Below are positions 18,690-30,134 of a stretch of 64,000 bases of DNA, piece by piece. The stretch comes from Dongiaceae bacterium (lineage in GTDB: Bacteria; Pseudomonadota; Alphaproteobacteria; Dongiales; Dongiaceae). The stretch covers positions 1,258 to 65,257 of the forward strand of contig DATEOK010000250.1 in the NCBI GenBank assembly GCA_035274225.1, in the 5' to 3' direction. Made by a program: the position numbers and the translations under genes. Under the pieces are notes generated by a model. It saw only the letters and a program-made list of their open reading frames with translations, ran no database searches and was not told where the DNA came from. The number at the start of each line of letters is the position of its first letter. The first letter of the stretch is position 1.

Positions 18690-20261
18690 TTGACACTGGC
18701 GATGACGCAGGAGCCGCGCGCCGGCGCGACCGGCGAGACCATCCTGGAGATGCGCGGCATCACCAAGACCTTCCCCGGCGTCAACGCGCTGGACAACGTC
18801 AACCTCATGGTGCGCGCGGGCGAGATCCACGCGGTGGTGGGCGAGAACGGTGCCGGCAAATCGACCCTCATGAAGGTGCTGAGCGGGGTCTATCCGCACG
18901 GCGACTATTCCGGCGAGATCTTCTTCCTGGGGACGGAATGCAAGTTCCGCGACATCGCGGACAGCGAGAAGGCCGGCATCGTCATCATCCACCAGGAACT
19001 GGCGCTGGTGCCGCTGCTGTCGATCGCGGAGAACATCTTTCTCGGCAACGAGCCGGCGAAGAACGGCATCATCGATTGGCACGCCGCCTTCGCGAAGACC
19101 GGCGCGCTTTTGAAGAAGGTCGGCCTCAAGGAATCACCCAACACCCTCATCACCGATATCGGAGTCGGCAAGCAACAGCTGGTCGAGATCGCCAAGGCCC
19201 TGGCCAAGGAGGTGAAGCTGCTGATCCTGGACGAGCCGACCGCCAGCCTGAACGAGAGCGACAGCGACGCGCTGCTGGCGCTGCTCAAGGAGTTCCGGGC
19301 GCACGGCATCTCCTCGATCCTCATCTCGCACAAGCTGAACGAGATCCTGAAGGTCGCCGACACCATCACCGTGCTGCGCGACGGCGCGACCGTCGACCGG
19401 CTCGACTGCCACGCGCAGAAGGTCGATGAGGACCGCATCATCCGCTCGATGGTGGGGCGCGAGCTGGCGGACCGCTACCCGAAGCGCACGCCGCGCATCG
19501 GCGATCCGATCTTCGAGGTGAAGAACTGGATCGTCTATCACAAGGAGCATGCCGACCGGCAGCTGATCAAGGGCATCAACCTCAACGTCCGCAAGGGCGA
19601 AATCGTCGGCATCGCCGGCCTGATGGGCTCCGGCCGCACCGAACTGGCCATGAGCATCTTCGGCCGCTCCTACGGACAGAAGATCAGCGGCCAGGTGGCG
19701 CTGCACGGCAAGGAGATCGACGTCTCCACCATCGACAAGGCGATGAAGGCCGGCATCGCCTACGTCACCGAGGATCGCAAGAATTACGGCCTGGTGCTGA
19801 TCGACGACATCAAGCGCAACATCACGCTGGCCAACCTCGAGGGCGTCTCGCGCAACGGCAAGATCGACGACAACCAGGAACAGAAGGTCGCCCACAAGTT
19901 CCGGCGCGACCTCAACATCCGCTGCTCCAGCGTGTTCCAGCAGGCGGTGAACCTTTCCGGCGGCAACCAGCAGAAAGTGGTGCTCAGCAAGTGGCTGTTC
20001 ACCGGGCCGGAGATCCTGATCCTGGACGAGCCAACGCGCGGCATCGACGTCGGCGCCAAATACGAGATCTACACCATCATCGCGCGGCTGGCGGAGGAGG
20101 GCAAAGGCATCGTCGTCATCTCCTCCGAGATGCCCGAGCTGCTCGGCATCAGCGACCGCATCTACGTGATGAACGAGGGCCGGATCGTCGGCGAGATGGC
20201 GACCCAGGAAGCGAGCCAGGAAAAGATCATGCGCGCGATCATGAAATCCTGGGACAAGTGA
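18690..20261 (+). CDS. gguA: Sugar ABC transporter ATP-binding protein (GguA-like, duplicated ATPase)
   Basis: Two nucleotide-binding domains are present (GENGAGKST and GLMGSGRTE). The signature LSGGNQQK is present. The start is TTG at 18690 or ATG at 18702. Confidence 0.85.
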   Translation: MTLAMTQEPRAGATGETILEMRGITKTFPGVNALDNVNLMVRAGEIHAVVGENGAGKSTLMKVLSGVYPHGDYSGEIFFLGTECKFRDIADSEKAGIVIIHQELALVPLLSIAENIFLGNEPAKNGIIDWHAAFAKTGALLKKVGLKESPNTLITDIGVGKQQLVEIAKALAKEVKLLILDEPTASLNESDSDALLALLKEFRAHGISSILISHKLNEILKVADTITVLRDGATVDRLDCHAQKVDEDRIIRSMVGRELADRYPKRTPRIGDPIFEVKNWIVYHKEHADRQLIKGINLNVRKGEIVGIAGLMGSGRTELAMSIFGRSYGQKISGQVALHGKEIDVSTIDKAMKAGIAYVTEDRKNYGLVLIDDIKRNITLANLEGVSRNGKIDDNQEQKVAHKFRRDLNIRCSSVFQQAVNLSGGNQQKVVLSKWLFTGPEILILDEPTRGIDVGAKYEIYTIIARLAEEGKGIVVISSEMPELLGISDRIYVMNEGRIVGEMATQEASQEKIMRAIMKSWDK

Positions 20262-20280
20262 GATTGCAGGAAGTTTAGAG

Positions 20281-21486
20281 ATGGCACAGCAAACGCTAGC
20301 GTCGGAAGAAACTGGTCACCACCGTTCCCTGGCCAGCTTCGTCAAGAGCAACATCCGGGAATACGGGATGCTGCTGTCGCTGATCCTGATCATGGTGTTC
20401 TTCCAGATCATGACCGGCGGCACGCTGCTGAAGCCGCTCAACCTCACCAACCTCATTCTGCAGAACAGCTACATCGTCATCATGGCGCTGGGCATGATGC
20501 TGATCATTGTCGCCGGGCACATCGACCTCTCGGTCGGGTCGGTGTGCGGCTTCGTCGGCGCGGTTGCCGCCGTGATGATCGTGCAGTTCCACATGGACTG
20601 GATCCTGGTGACCATCTTCTGCCTGCTGTTGGGCGCGGCGATCGGCGCGGTGCAGGGCTATTTCGTCGCGTTCTGGAAGATTCCAGCCTTCATCGTGACT
20701 CTGGCCGGCATGCTCGTCTTCAAGGGCCTCGCCCTCTACATCCTCAAGGGCCAGTCGGTCGGGCCGTTCCCGGTGCCGTTCCAGCGCATGAGTTCGGGCT
20801 TCCTGCCGGATGCGGCGGCGGGCGCGATCAATGCCTTCAACCTCACCTCCTTCGTGATCGGCGCGGCGGTCACGGCGCTGGTCATCTATTTCAACATCCG
20901 TGAGCGGCGCGGCCAGCAGGCGCATGGGCTGGTGGAGGAGCCATTCGTGTTCTTCCTCGGCCGCAACATCCTGGTGGCGGCGGGCTTCCTGCTGTTCTCG
21001 TACCTGATGGCGTCCTACAAGGGCTTGCCGAACGTGCTGATCGTCATGTTCGCGCTGATCGTGCTCTACGCGTTCGTGACCTCGAGCATGACCATCGGAC
21101 GGCGCATCTATGCCCTCGGCGGCAACGAGAAGGCGGCGCGGCTTTCGGGCATCAAGACCCACCGGCTCACCTTCTACACCTTCGCGAACATGGGGCTGCT
21201 GGCGGGCCTCGCCGGCCTCATCTTCGCCGCTCGCTTGAACACCGCGACGCCGAAGGCGGGCCTCGGCTTCGAACTGGACGTGATCGCCGCCTGCTTCATC
21301 GGCGGTGCGTCGGCCTCGGGTGGCGTGGGCAAGGTGGTGGGCGCGGTGATCGGCGCCTTCGTGATGGGTGTCATGAACAACGGCATGTCGATCCTCGGGG
21401 TCGGGATCGATCTGCAGCAGGTGATCAAGGGCCTGGTGCTGCTCGCCGCCGTGTTCCTCGACGTCTACTACAAGAACAAGGCTTAA
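20281..21486 (+). CDS. gguB: Sugar ABC transporter permease (GguB/XylH-like)
   Basis: 401-aa polytopic protein containing GHIDLSVGSV and GGNEKAARLSGI motifs. Confidence 0.85.
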   Translation: MAQQTLASEETGHHRSLASFVKSNIREYGMLLSLILIMVFFQIMTGGTLLKPLNLTNLILQNSYIVIMALGMMLIIVAGHIDLSVGSVCGFVGAVAAVMIVQFHMDWILVTIFCLLLGAAIGAVQGYFVAFWKIPAFIVTLAGMLVFKGLALYILKGQSVGPFPVPFQRMSSGFLPDAAAGAINAFNLTSFVIGAAVTALVIYFNIRERRGQQAHGLVEEPFVFFLGRNILVAAGFLLFSYLMASYKGLPNVLIVMFALIVLYAFVTSSMTIGRRIYALGGNEKAARLSGIKTHRLTFYTFANMGLLAGLAGLIFAARLNTATPKAGLGFELDVIAACFIGGASASGGVGKVVGAVIGAFVMGVMNNGMSILGVGIDLQQVIKGLVLLAAVFLDVYYKNKA

Positions 21487-21749
21487 CTCGCTGACCTCAA
21501 TTCCGTGATGGGGCAGGTGTAGTTGAGGCCGTTGACGGCGACCAGCGCCATCAGGGGGCCGCGGATGCTGCTGGCGCCGAAGCACAAGATAGTGCCGATC
21601 TTGCCGTCGCGGAACCTGACCTTGTCGCCTACCCGGAAATCCTCGAGCTCGACCGGGCCGTCCTTTGGCATCCAGGTGTGAAGCAGGCTGCGTTCGCCGT
21701 TCAACCGCGCGCGGCGCGCCGCCGACAAGTCGAAAACCATCGCCGTCAT
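21483..21749 (-). CDS. Small hypothetical protein (88 aa)
   Basis: The ATG at 21749 lies 9 nt after GGGAGG. It is convergent with gguB and the stops overlap. No recognisable domain. Confidence 0.45.
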   Translation of the reverse strand: MTAMVFDLSAARRARLNGERSLLHTWMPKDGPVELEDFRVGDKVRFRDGKIGTILCFGASSIRGPLMALVAVNGLNYTCPITELRSAS

Positions 21750-21997
21750 GGGGCCACGCCTCCCAGCTCACGTCCGATTCGTCCAATCCGATAGGAAAAC
21801 GCCGAGACCCGGCCTGGGGTTCCAGGCCGTTGCGGGCAATGCGTTCGAGCGCCGAGCCTGCCGGCCGCAGCGCAACCTCTTGAGCACCAACGGGAACGTC
21901 GTTGGACCGGATGCCGGCCGGCCGACCCGCTCCCCTGTCAGCACGCCGTCAGCGTGCGCCTGCTATCGCCGAGGATCGTCGTCAGAGGGGATCAATC

Positions 21998-22465
21998 ATG
22001 CTGTCGCTCGAACACGTCCATCCGATGCTGGTGCATTTTCCGATCGTGTTTTTCCTGACACTGGCGGTGGTGGATACCATCGCCACGCTGCGCGGCGCCC
22101 CGGTGACCGGCCGCACCGGTCTTGGCCACGCCTCGACCGGCCTTGCCGTCCTGGCCGCGCTGTTTGCGATCGCCAGCTTTATGTTCGGCGACATGGCGCT
22201 GGAATTCGCCGAATCGAAGGGCTTCGCGAGCGACACCGCGGAGCTGCACGAGCACCTCGGCATGGCGAGCGCCGCGGCTTTCACGGTGTGGGCGGTGGTT
22301 CGCCTGGTGACTTGGTGGCGGAACGCCACCTGGCGCGGCGGCGGCGCGTTCGGGCTGGTGCTGGTCGAATTGGCGGGCGCGGTGCTGATCATGACCACGG
22401 CCTACTATGGCGGCCAGCTGGTCTACGATCTGGGTGTCAACGTCAAGCAGGCCATGGCCGGGTAG
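21998..22465 (+). CDS. DUF2231-like membrane protein
   Basis: The N-terminus HPMLVHFPIVFF is followed by four hydrophobic segments. A GAGGGG SD lies before the ATG at 21998. Confidence 0.65.
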   Translation: MLSLEHVHPMLVHFPIVFFLTLAVVDTIATLRGAPVTGRTGLGHASTGLAVLAALFAIASFMFGDMALEFAESKGFASDTAELHEHLGMASAAAFTVWAVVRLVTWWRNATWRGGGAFGLVLVELAGAVLIMTTAYYGGQLVYDLGVNVKQAMAG

Positions 22466-23961
<1,496 letters not shown>

Positions 23962-23965
<4 letters not shown>

Positions 23966-25044
23966 GCGCCGGCCTCCGCGCGGGCGTCGATGGCGAGAAT
24001 GACGTTGCCGCCTTGCGAGGCCGCAAGCACCCGGCCGCCGGCCTCGATCACGCTGGTGATGCCGTGACGGCGGCCGTTGGCGCGGCTGTGGAAGCTGGCG
24101 ACCGGCTGCAGCGCCGCGTCGAGCCGCACCACCAGGCCGTAAGAGCGTGAGGGCGACCACGGTTTGTGGATGCCCATGGTCTTGACCCCGCCGCTTTGCA
24201 GCGGCTCCAGGAAGCTGGCACCGGAGGCGAGCGCCGGGGCGATCCAGTTGGGGCGCTCCATCTCGCGCATCATGGCGGCGCGATAATCATGCTCCAGCAG
24301 CACGAACTCGATCAGCCTGTTGCGCGGCGCGAACAGGGCCAGCCATGCGCCGCCATCGGACGCGGGCGCTAGGCGCGCGGGGTAACCGGGCAGTTTGGTG
24401 AGCAGCGGCTGCGGCGCGCCGCCTTGGCGCGGTACGGCGACCAGCCGATGGCGCCAGCTCTCTGCCACCACGATGCGCTCGCCCTGGATCAGGATGCCAT
24501 AGGGGAAGGCGAGGTCGCCGGCCAGGCGCTGGGCTGCGCCGGTCTCGAGATCGACGCGCCACAAGGAACCGCCCGCGTTTTTCTCCATCAGGTCGACGGC
24601 CCAGTCGGTGGCGCGGTGTTTCGCCGAGCCTTGCGCGACCAGCAGGTGATCGGCGCCGTCGAAGGCGAGCGCAGTGGGGCAGGCGAGGTTGCCGACGTTG
24701 GCCGGCGTAAGCTTCTTGTCGGAATGCTTGCCGCCGTCGATCACGATGGTGCCGTCGTCGCACGCGATGGCGAGCGCACGGTCCGGTCCCGCCGCAAGCG
24801 CGGTGACCGTTGCAGGCAAGCGTTCGACCTGCTCCGGCTTGGCGCTGCCCGGCGCCATGGACAGGACATCGCTGCCGCTGGAGAACAGCAGGTGCGCGCC
24901 ATCAAAGGTGAGATTGTCCGGCGCCGCGATCTCCAGCACGACGTCGGCTTCGTCCAGCGCGGTGTTGGGCCGGAACGCGCCGTCCATCGGCGGAATGGTC
25001 ACCGCCTTGCCGCGGAACAGGTCGAGGATGGGGTCGAAGATCAT
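23962..25044 (-). CDS. Strictosidine-synthase-like / SMP-30-like beta-propeller protein (stand-alone paralog)
   Basis: It aligns by eye with the C-terminal domain of the 713-aa fusion: VAESWRHRL vs MAESWACRV, LPGYPARL vs MPGYPDNI, DGGAWLA vs DGTYWMA. Confidence 0.6.
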
Positions 25045-25070
25045 CGGCCGCCCCCACGACCTAAAAAGGT

Positions 25071-25328
25071 ACCCCTTCGCCCCTTGCGGGAGAAGGATAC
25101 GAAGGCTTGGCGAGGCGCAGCCGAGCCTAGCCGTAGTTGGATGAGGGGTGGTGCGGCGAGAGCCGCGCGCGCTCGGAAGAGCGCAATGGCGAACATGCGA
25201 TGGACGGTACGTTGTGAAGAGCGCTCGTGCGCTGCGCGCCTTCGGCGCGGCCCCCTCATCCAGCTGCGCCTAAGCTCACTTCGTTCGCTAAGGCTCCGCA
25301 TCCTTCCCCCGCAGGGGGGGAAGGGGGT
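25071..25328. repeat. Type C composite palindromic element (MITE-like, about 260 bp), copy 1
   Basis: Terminal inverted repeats of about 75 bp (CCTTGCGGGAGAAGGATACGAAGGCTTGGCG...GGATGAGGGG vs its complement at the right end) flank a GC-rich core. A second copy lies at 31494-31793. Confidence 0.6.
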
Positions 25329-25357
25329 GATTGTTAGGGGGAAGAGGGATGCAATCA

Positions 25358-27499
25358 TCACCGCTTCCCCCAGTACGAATCCGGTCCCGTCCAGCTCTGA
25401 TCCGCGCCTGGGATGCGGTAGCGGCCGATGCGGTTGTTCAAGATGCCGCCGACATAGAGCCAGCCCTTGTGCTCGCGCATCGAGGTCACCATCGGGTGGC
25501 TTTCGCCGCTCATGTCGCCGAGGGTTTCGACGATGCGGCCGGTCTCGTCGAACTTCACCACGCCGCCGGTGTTGATGTTGGGGAACAGCCATTCGTCCTG
25601 CGGCAGGCGGCGGGTCATGCGCTTGCGCATGCCGGGTGAGCGCAAGGCGAGGTCGAAGCTCGGCGTGCGCATGCCGAGCCACGCCATCCAATAGGTGCCA
25701 TCGGAGGCGCGGTTGATGTTGTCGGGATAGCCCGGCATGTCCTTGATCACGCACTCGACCTGGCCCTTCTTAGGCCCGTCAAACCAATAGCGGTGCACGC
25801 GGCAGGCCCAGCTTTCCGCCATGAACAGTGACATGCCGTCGTGGGCGATGCAGACGCCGTTGGCGTAGCGGTAATGATCGAGGATCGTCGTCGTCTTGGC
25901 CGTGCGCGGATCGTAGCACAGCAGGCGGCCGGTCGGGCGGCTCTCGATCGAGTCCACCGCCCACTCATGCGCGTCGTAGCGCGTGGTGGAATCGGTGAAG
26001 AAGATGCGGCCGTCCGGCGCCACGTCGCAGTCATTGGGATCGCGCAGCCGGGCATCGTCGACGATCGAGGTCCAGGAGCGGCGGGTCTCGGCCGAGAGCT
26101 TCGTGACTTCACCGGCCTTGGAGATGGAATAGAGGCCCATGGCGCCGACACAGGAGAGCAGGTTGCCCGCCGGGTCGAACGCGAGGCCGAGCGGGAAGCC
26201 GCCCGTATGCGCGAAGACTTCGGAGCGCTTGTAGTCGGGTGCGAAGAACCGCACGATCTCGCCGTGGCGGGTGCCGCAGTAGAGGTGATCGTCGCGGTCG
26301 AGGATCACGTCCTCCGGCCCTTCGATCTCACCGAGGCCGATATACTCGGTCTTGGCGAGGCGATCGTTCAGCGCGTAGGGCGAGCTCGCATTGGGCAAGG
26401 CGGACTGCGTCTCTCCCATGCGGTGGTGGATCGGCGCGACGTAGAGCTCGTTCAGCACCTTGTCGCGGTTCTTGAGCCAGCGGATGTCGAGCACCACCGC
26501 GACCGCGAGCAGAAGGCCCAGCACCATCTGGTTGAAGCCGGTGCCGAAGCCGAGGCGGATCAGGCCGTTGGTCATCACCAGCACGATGATGGCGCCCATC
26601 GCCCCCTTCACGATGGAGCCGCGCCCGCCGCCAAGCGAATTGCCGCCGACCACCGCCGCGGTCAGCGCCAGGATTTCAAGGCCCGCGCCGGTGCCAGGTC
26701 CTGCGCCGCTGAGGCGGCAGGCGAACAGGAAACCGGCGAGCCCGCAGGCGAGGCCGGAAATCACATAGGTCATGAAGACCGTGCGCTTGACGTTGATCCC
26801 GGAGTTGAACGCCGAGCGGCGCGAACCGCCGACCGCCAGGATGTGCCAGCCGGGCCGCGAGCGCGTCAGCGCGATGTGCGCCAGGATGGCGATCGCGATC
26901 GCCGTGAGGACGGCGACGGAGAAGCCGAAGACCGTGCCGTCGCCGATGAAGTCCCAGGCGTCGGACGACATGTAGGAGGACTGGATGGCGGTGCCGTAGT
27001 CCACCACCAGGATGTCGAACACGGCGCGGCCGATGATCAGCGTGACCAGCGTGGTCAGGAACGCGCGCAGGCGCATGTAGCCGACCAGGTAGCCGTTGAT
27101 CGCGCCGAGCGCGAGGCCGGTCGCCAGCGCCGCCGCGAACGCGACCCACACCGGCTGCTCCAGGATGAAGAAGGCGCCAACCGCGGAGAAGCAGGAGAGC
27201 GCGAAGATAGAGCCGACGGAGAGGTCGATGCCGCCGCCCAGCATCACGATGGTGAGGCCGGTGACGACGATCGAGAATTCGCCGAGCTGGCGCGTGGAAT
27301 CGGTCAACGACTGCGGCTTGAAAAAGCCGGAGATCGCGCTGCCGAACCCGGCCACCGTGATGAGCAGGGCAAGAAACGGAATGGCGTTGTCGGTCCAGCG
27401 CTTGGTCAGGATCTCCCCGATCAGGTGATCGGGGATGACGTTGTAGCGCAGGCGCAGGGCTCGTTCTTTGAGGGTCATAGGCAATCCGACCGCCAACAC
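25358..27499 (-). CDS. Fusion protein: ribose-type ABC permease (N-terminal) plus strictosidine-synthase-like beta-propeller (C-terminal)
   Basis: The first 340 aa or so are polytopic, with GGIDLSVGSIFAL and GGSRRSAFNSGI motifs. The C-terminal 360 aa or so carry GPEDVILD, GGFPLGLAFDPAGNLL, FTDSTTRY and ANGVCI motifs, as in PF03088-type proteins. Confidence 0.8.
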   Translation of the reverse strand: MLAVGLPMTLKERALRLRYNVIPDHLIGEILTKRWTDNAIPFLALLITVAGFGSAISGFFKPQSLTDSTRQLGEFSIVVTGLTIVMLGGGIDLSVGSIFALSCFSAVGAFFILEQPVWVAFAAALATGLALGAINGYLVGYMRLRAFLTTLVTLIIGRAVFDILVVDYGTAIQSSYMSSDAWDFIGDGTVFGFSVAVLTAIAIAILAHIALTRSRPGWHILAVGGSRRSAFNSGINVKRTVFMTYVISGLACGLAGFLFACRLSGAGPGTGAGLEILALTAAVVGGNSLGGGRGSIVKGAMGAIIVLVMTNGLIRLGFGTGFNQMVLGLLLAVAVVLDIRWLKNRDKVLNELYVAPIHHRMGETQSALPNASSPYALNDRLAKTEYIGLGEIEGPEDVILDRDDHLYCGTRHGEIVRFFAPDYKRSEVFAHTGGFPLGLAFDPAGNLLSCVGAMGLYSISKAGEVTKLSAETRRSWTSIVDDARLRDPNDCDVAPDGRIFFTDSTTRYDAHEWAVDSIESRPTGRLLCYDPRTAKTTTILDHYRYANGVCIAHDGMSLFMAESWACRVHRYWFDGPKKGQVECVIKDMPGYPDNINRASDGTYWMAWLGMRTPSFDLALRSPGMRKRMTRRLPQDEWLFPNINTGGVVKFDETGRIVETLGDMSGESHPMVTSMREHKGWLYVGGILNNRIGRYRIPGADQSWTGPDSYWGKR

Positions 27500-27556
27500 A
27501 ATATCCCTTCATCCCGCGCGGAACGGAGCCATGGCATATCAAGAATGCGCGCTGAT

Positions 27557-27722
27557 TTCCCCTCCCCCAACATGGGGGAGGGTAGGGAGAGGGAAGCCGC
27601 GTTTCGGCGGGAGAGAGTCATCGCTCGCTTCCCCCACCTCGATCCTCCCCCGTGTCGGGGGAGGAGGAACTGTGCTTCGTTGGCCATGTGCGATTGCCTT
27701 CCCCCGCAAGGGGGGAAGGGGA
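27557..27722. repeat. Cluster of three G/C-tract hairpins related to the type C element termini
   Basis: Three hairpins are present: CCCTCCCCC-aacat-GGGGGAGGG (27560-27582), CCTCCCCCG-tgt-CGGGGGAGG (27644-27665) and CCTTCCCCC-gcaa-GGGGGGAAGG (27697-27719). Confidence 0.45.
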
Positions 27723-27751
27723 GTCTTGCTTGGTTGGTGTCATCATTCCCC

Positions 27752-27790
27752 TAGAGACAAAGGGGAGCGGCCGGTGAAATGACCGCTCCC
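27752..27790 (-). terminator. Hairpin after the SBP gene (attenuator/terminator candidate)
   Basis: On the minus strand, GGGAGCGG-12 nt-CCGCTCCC is followed by CTTTGTCTCT. It begins 12 nt after the SBP stop. Confidence 0.4.
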
Positions 27791-27801
27791 GTAGTCCACT
27801 A

Positions 27802-28833
27802 CTACTGCGCCGCCGCCTGCAGGTGCTTCAGGTCCCAGCAGGTTTCGGGCCGCAGGTCGGCCTTGGTCCAGGCGCGTTCCAACGTATAGATGTACGTCTT
27901 CGACGTGCCGGCCGGCTGGCCGCTCTGCAGCAGGAACTTGACGATCGCGTTCATGTCACGCGACTGGCCGGCGAGGTCGGTCATCACCACCGCGCCGAAG
28001 GTCCCGTCATTGATGTAGTTGCAGTCGAGCATCTCGCCGCCGCCGGTGGTGACCAGGAACACCTTGCCATCGAGCTTGGCATCGCGGATCGCCGCGGCCG
28101 CGCCGGTCGCGTCGCCATCCCAGAAGTCGATGATGGCGCAGATGTCCGGGTGCTGCTGCAGCATGGTCGCGGTGACGGTGCGCGAGGTGGTCGGATCCCA
28201 GTTGGAGAACGGCTCCGCCACGACCTTGAAGTCGGGGTTCTGCTTCAGCACCTTCATGATGCCGTTGTACTGGTAGATGCTGGAGGCGTTGGCAGCGTCG
28301 CCCTGCACCAGGCCGATCTTCTTGCCCGGATTGTCGGCGCAGTGCTTCACCGCGGCTTCGGCCTCGAGCTGGCCGAGGCGATCCCAGTCGCTGCCGATGA
28401 AGGCGTCGGCCGGGAAGTTCATCGGGTTGTCGATCAGGACGACATAGATGCCTTCCTTCTGCGCCCGCTTCAGCACCTTGCCGTAGGAGTTGAGGTCGGG
28501 CGAATGCACCACCAGCACGTCCGGCTTGGGATCGGACGACACCAGCTCGGTCAGCGCCTGGGCGCCGGCCTCGGTGCTCCAGTTGGGATCGCGGGTCTCG
28601 AAGCTGCCGCCCCACGCCTCGACCTCCTTCTTCAGATACGCCGACCAGCCCTGCGCCAGGTCGAAGCCCATCGCCATCGGCACCAGCACCACGCGCTTCT
28701 CCTTCAGCGCCCCCGAATAGGCCGCCGGGCCCGGATCGTCGCCGCTTTGCGCCATCGCGGGCTCGGCCGCGGCGAACGCCAGGCCGGCGAGCGACGCCAT
28801 CGCTACAAATAGACTCTTCCACTTCGTAATCAT
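27802..28833 (-). CDS. Sugar-type ABC transporter periplasmic substrate-binding protein
   Basis: Signal peptide MITKWKSLFVAMASLAGLAFAAAEPAMA is present. The layout is that of periplasmic binding protein type I. Start at the ATG at 28833. Confidence 0.85.
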   Translation of the reverse strand: MITKWKSLFVAMASLAGLAFAAAEPAMAQSGDDPGPAAYSGALKEKRVVLVPMAMGFDLAQGWSAYLKKEVEAWGGSFETRDPNWSTEAGAQALTELVSSDPKPDVLVVHSPDLNSYGKVLKRAQKEGIYVVLIDNPMNFPADAFIGSDWDRLGQLEAEAAVKHCADNPGKKIGLVQGDAANASSIYQYNGIMKVLKQNPDFKVVAEPFSNWDPTTSRTVTATMLQQHPDICAIIDFWDGDATGAAAAIRDAKLDGKVFLVTTGGGEMLDCNYINDGTFGAVVMTDLAGQSRDMNAIVKFLLQSGQPAGTSKTYIYTLERAWTKADLRPETCWDLKHLQAAAQ

Positions 28834-28862
28834 GGTCTTCTGCCTCTCTGCCTCGTTGCGCG

Positions 28863-29843
28863 CTAAATGTCGCCCTGCTGCGCCGTCTGCTCGTCGCGCG
28901 GATTGAGCAGGCCGTCGACCACGATGGCGATCAGCAGGATCGTGGATTTGATCAGGTTCTGGTAGATGTTCGAGATGTCGATGATGGTCATGGCGTTCTG
29001 CATGATGCCGATCAGCAGCGCGCCGACGATGACGTTGCGCATGCCCCCGGTACCGCCGTTGAGGCCGATGCCGCCGATCACCACCACCAGGATGACGTCG
29101 TACAGCAGGTTGGAATTGACCACCCGCACGTTGATGCTGTGCAGGCTGGACGCAATGAGGATCCCGGCCGCGAAGGCGATCAGCGCCGACAGCACATAGC
29201 GCAGCACGATCATCGGCCTGACCGGAATGCCCATGTTGCGCGCCGCCATGAAATTGTCGCCCATCAGGTAGGTGTAGCGGCCCCACTTGGCGAAGCGCAG
29301 GAAGAGAAAGGCCGCGACGCAGACGGCGGCGAAGAAGAACACCTCGACGGGAATGTCGAGGAAGCGGAAGCGGCCGAGCAACTCGACCCAATGGTCGGGC
29401 GGCACCGGCGTCGCGTCCTGCCCGATCAGCTGCGAGCGCACGAAACCGTAGACGAAGGCCGAGCTGGCGAGGGTGGCGAAAATCGCCGGCACGTCGGCAT
29501 AAGCGACCAGGAAGCCGTTGATGAGGCCGATGGCGATGACGCCGCCCAGCACCAGGAGCAGGGCGGTGCCGCCGGAGACCCCATTGTTCAGCATCTGCAG
29601 GTACCAGGCGACGGACATGGCCATGATCGCGACCATGGAGAGGTCGATGCCGCGGCCGATGATGATGATCGCCATGCCGACCGCCAGGATGCCGAGCACG
29701 CTGACGCTGCGCACGATCGCGACCAGGTTATCGGCGGTGAAGAAGCCGCCGAGGCCGACCGACGCCGCCAGGAACAGCAGGACCGCCAGGGCGAAAACGA
29801 TCCGCTCCTGGGTCATGCCGCCGAATGTTCGTGATTGTGCCAT
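28863..29843 (-). CDS. Sugar-type ABC transporter permease
   Basis: 326-aa polytopic protein containing GRGIDLSMVAIMAM and GDNFMAARNMGI motifs. It is the first gene of the operon. Confidence 0.85.
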   Translation of the reverse strand: MAQSRTFGGMTQERIVFALAVLLFLAASVGLGGFFTADNLVAIVRSVSVLGILAVGMAIIIIGRGIDLSMVAIMAMSVAWYLQMLNNGVSGGTALLLVLGGVIAIGLINGFLVAYADVPAIFATLASSAFVYGFVRSQLIGQDATPVPPDHWVELLGRFRFLDIPVEVFFFAAVCVAAFLFLRFAKWGRYTYLMGDNFMAARNMGIPVRPMIVLRYVLSALIAFAAGILIASSLHSINVRVVNSNLLYDVILVVVIGGIGLNGGTGGMRNVIVGALLIGIMQNAMTIIDISNIYQNLIKSTILLIAIVVDGLLNPRDEQTAQQGDI

Positions 29844-30134
29844 CCCCGTCCCGCTCTTTGGCGGCTAGTGAACAACGAATCTGTCGCGGCGGGCAAGTAA
29901 TGGCGCGCAAGATTCCATCGTTTGGTTCGCGAGCGATGCTTGTGGCCATGCACCATTGGAACCTTCGGGAACCAATGCGCAGGCATCCCATCCTGTTCGG
30001 GGCCGCGGCGCCGCTGTGAAGCGGGACACAGACAAGGGGCCATTGCGAAACCCTTCTATCCGCTTCCGATCGGCTCTAGGATTCGCGCCATGCGCTGCCG
30101 GGGCCAAGAGCGGCGGATCATGGGAGGTTGAGCA

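Noticed and set aside
25041-25754. ORFs reading through the repeat elements, for example 25041-25754(-), 31462-31797(+), 31488-31745(-), 42596-42952(+), 46645-46875(+) and 58997-59497(-).
   Set aside because: Their apparent conservation comes from the repeated palindromic DNA. They have no start context and they cross gene boundaries.
27557-27722. The possibility that the repeated G/C-tract hairpins form a CRISPR-like array.
   Set aside because: The repeats are not identical direct repeats, their spacing is irregular, each unit is self-complementary, and no cas genes are present.
29960-29990. CATTGGAACCTTCGGGAACCAATG in the divergent region between the ABC operon and the CoA-transferase gene, considered as an operator.
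   Set aside because: Only the outer 6 bp are complementary. No regulator gene is adjacent, and it occurs only once.
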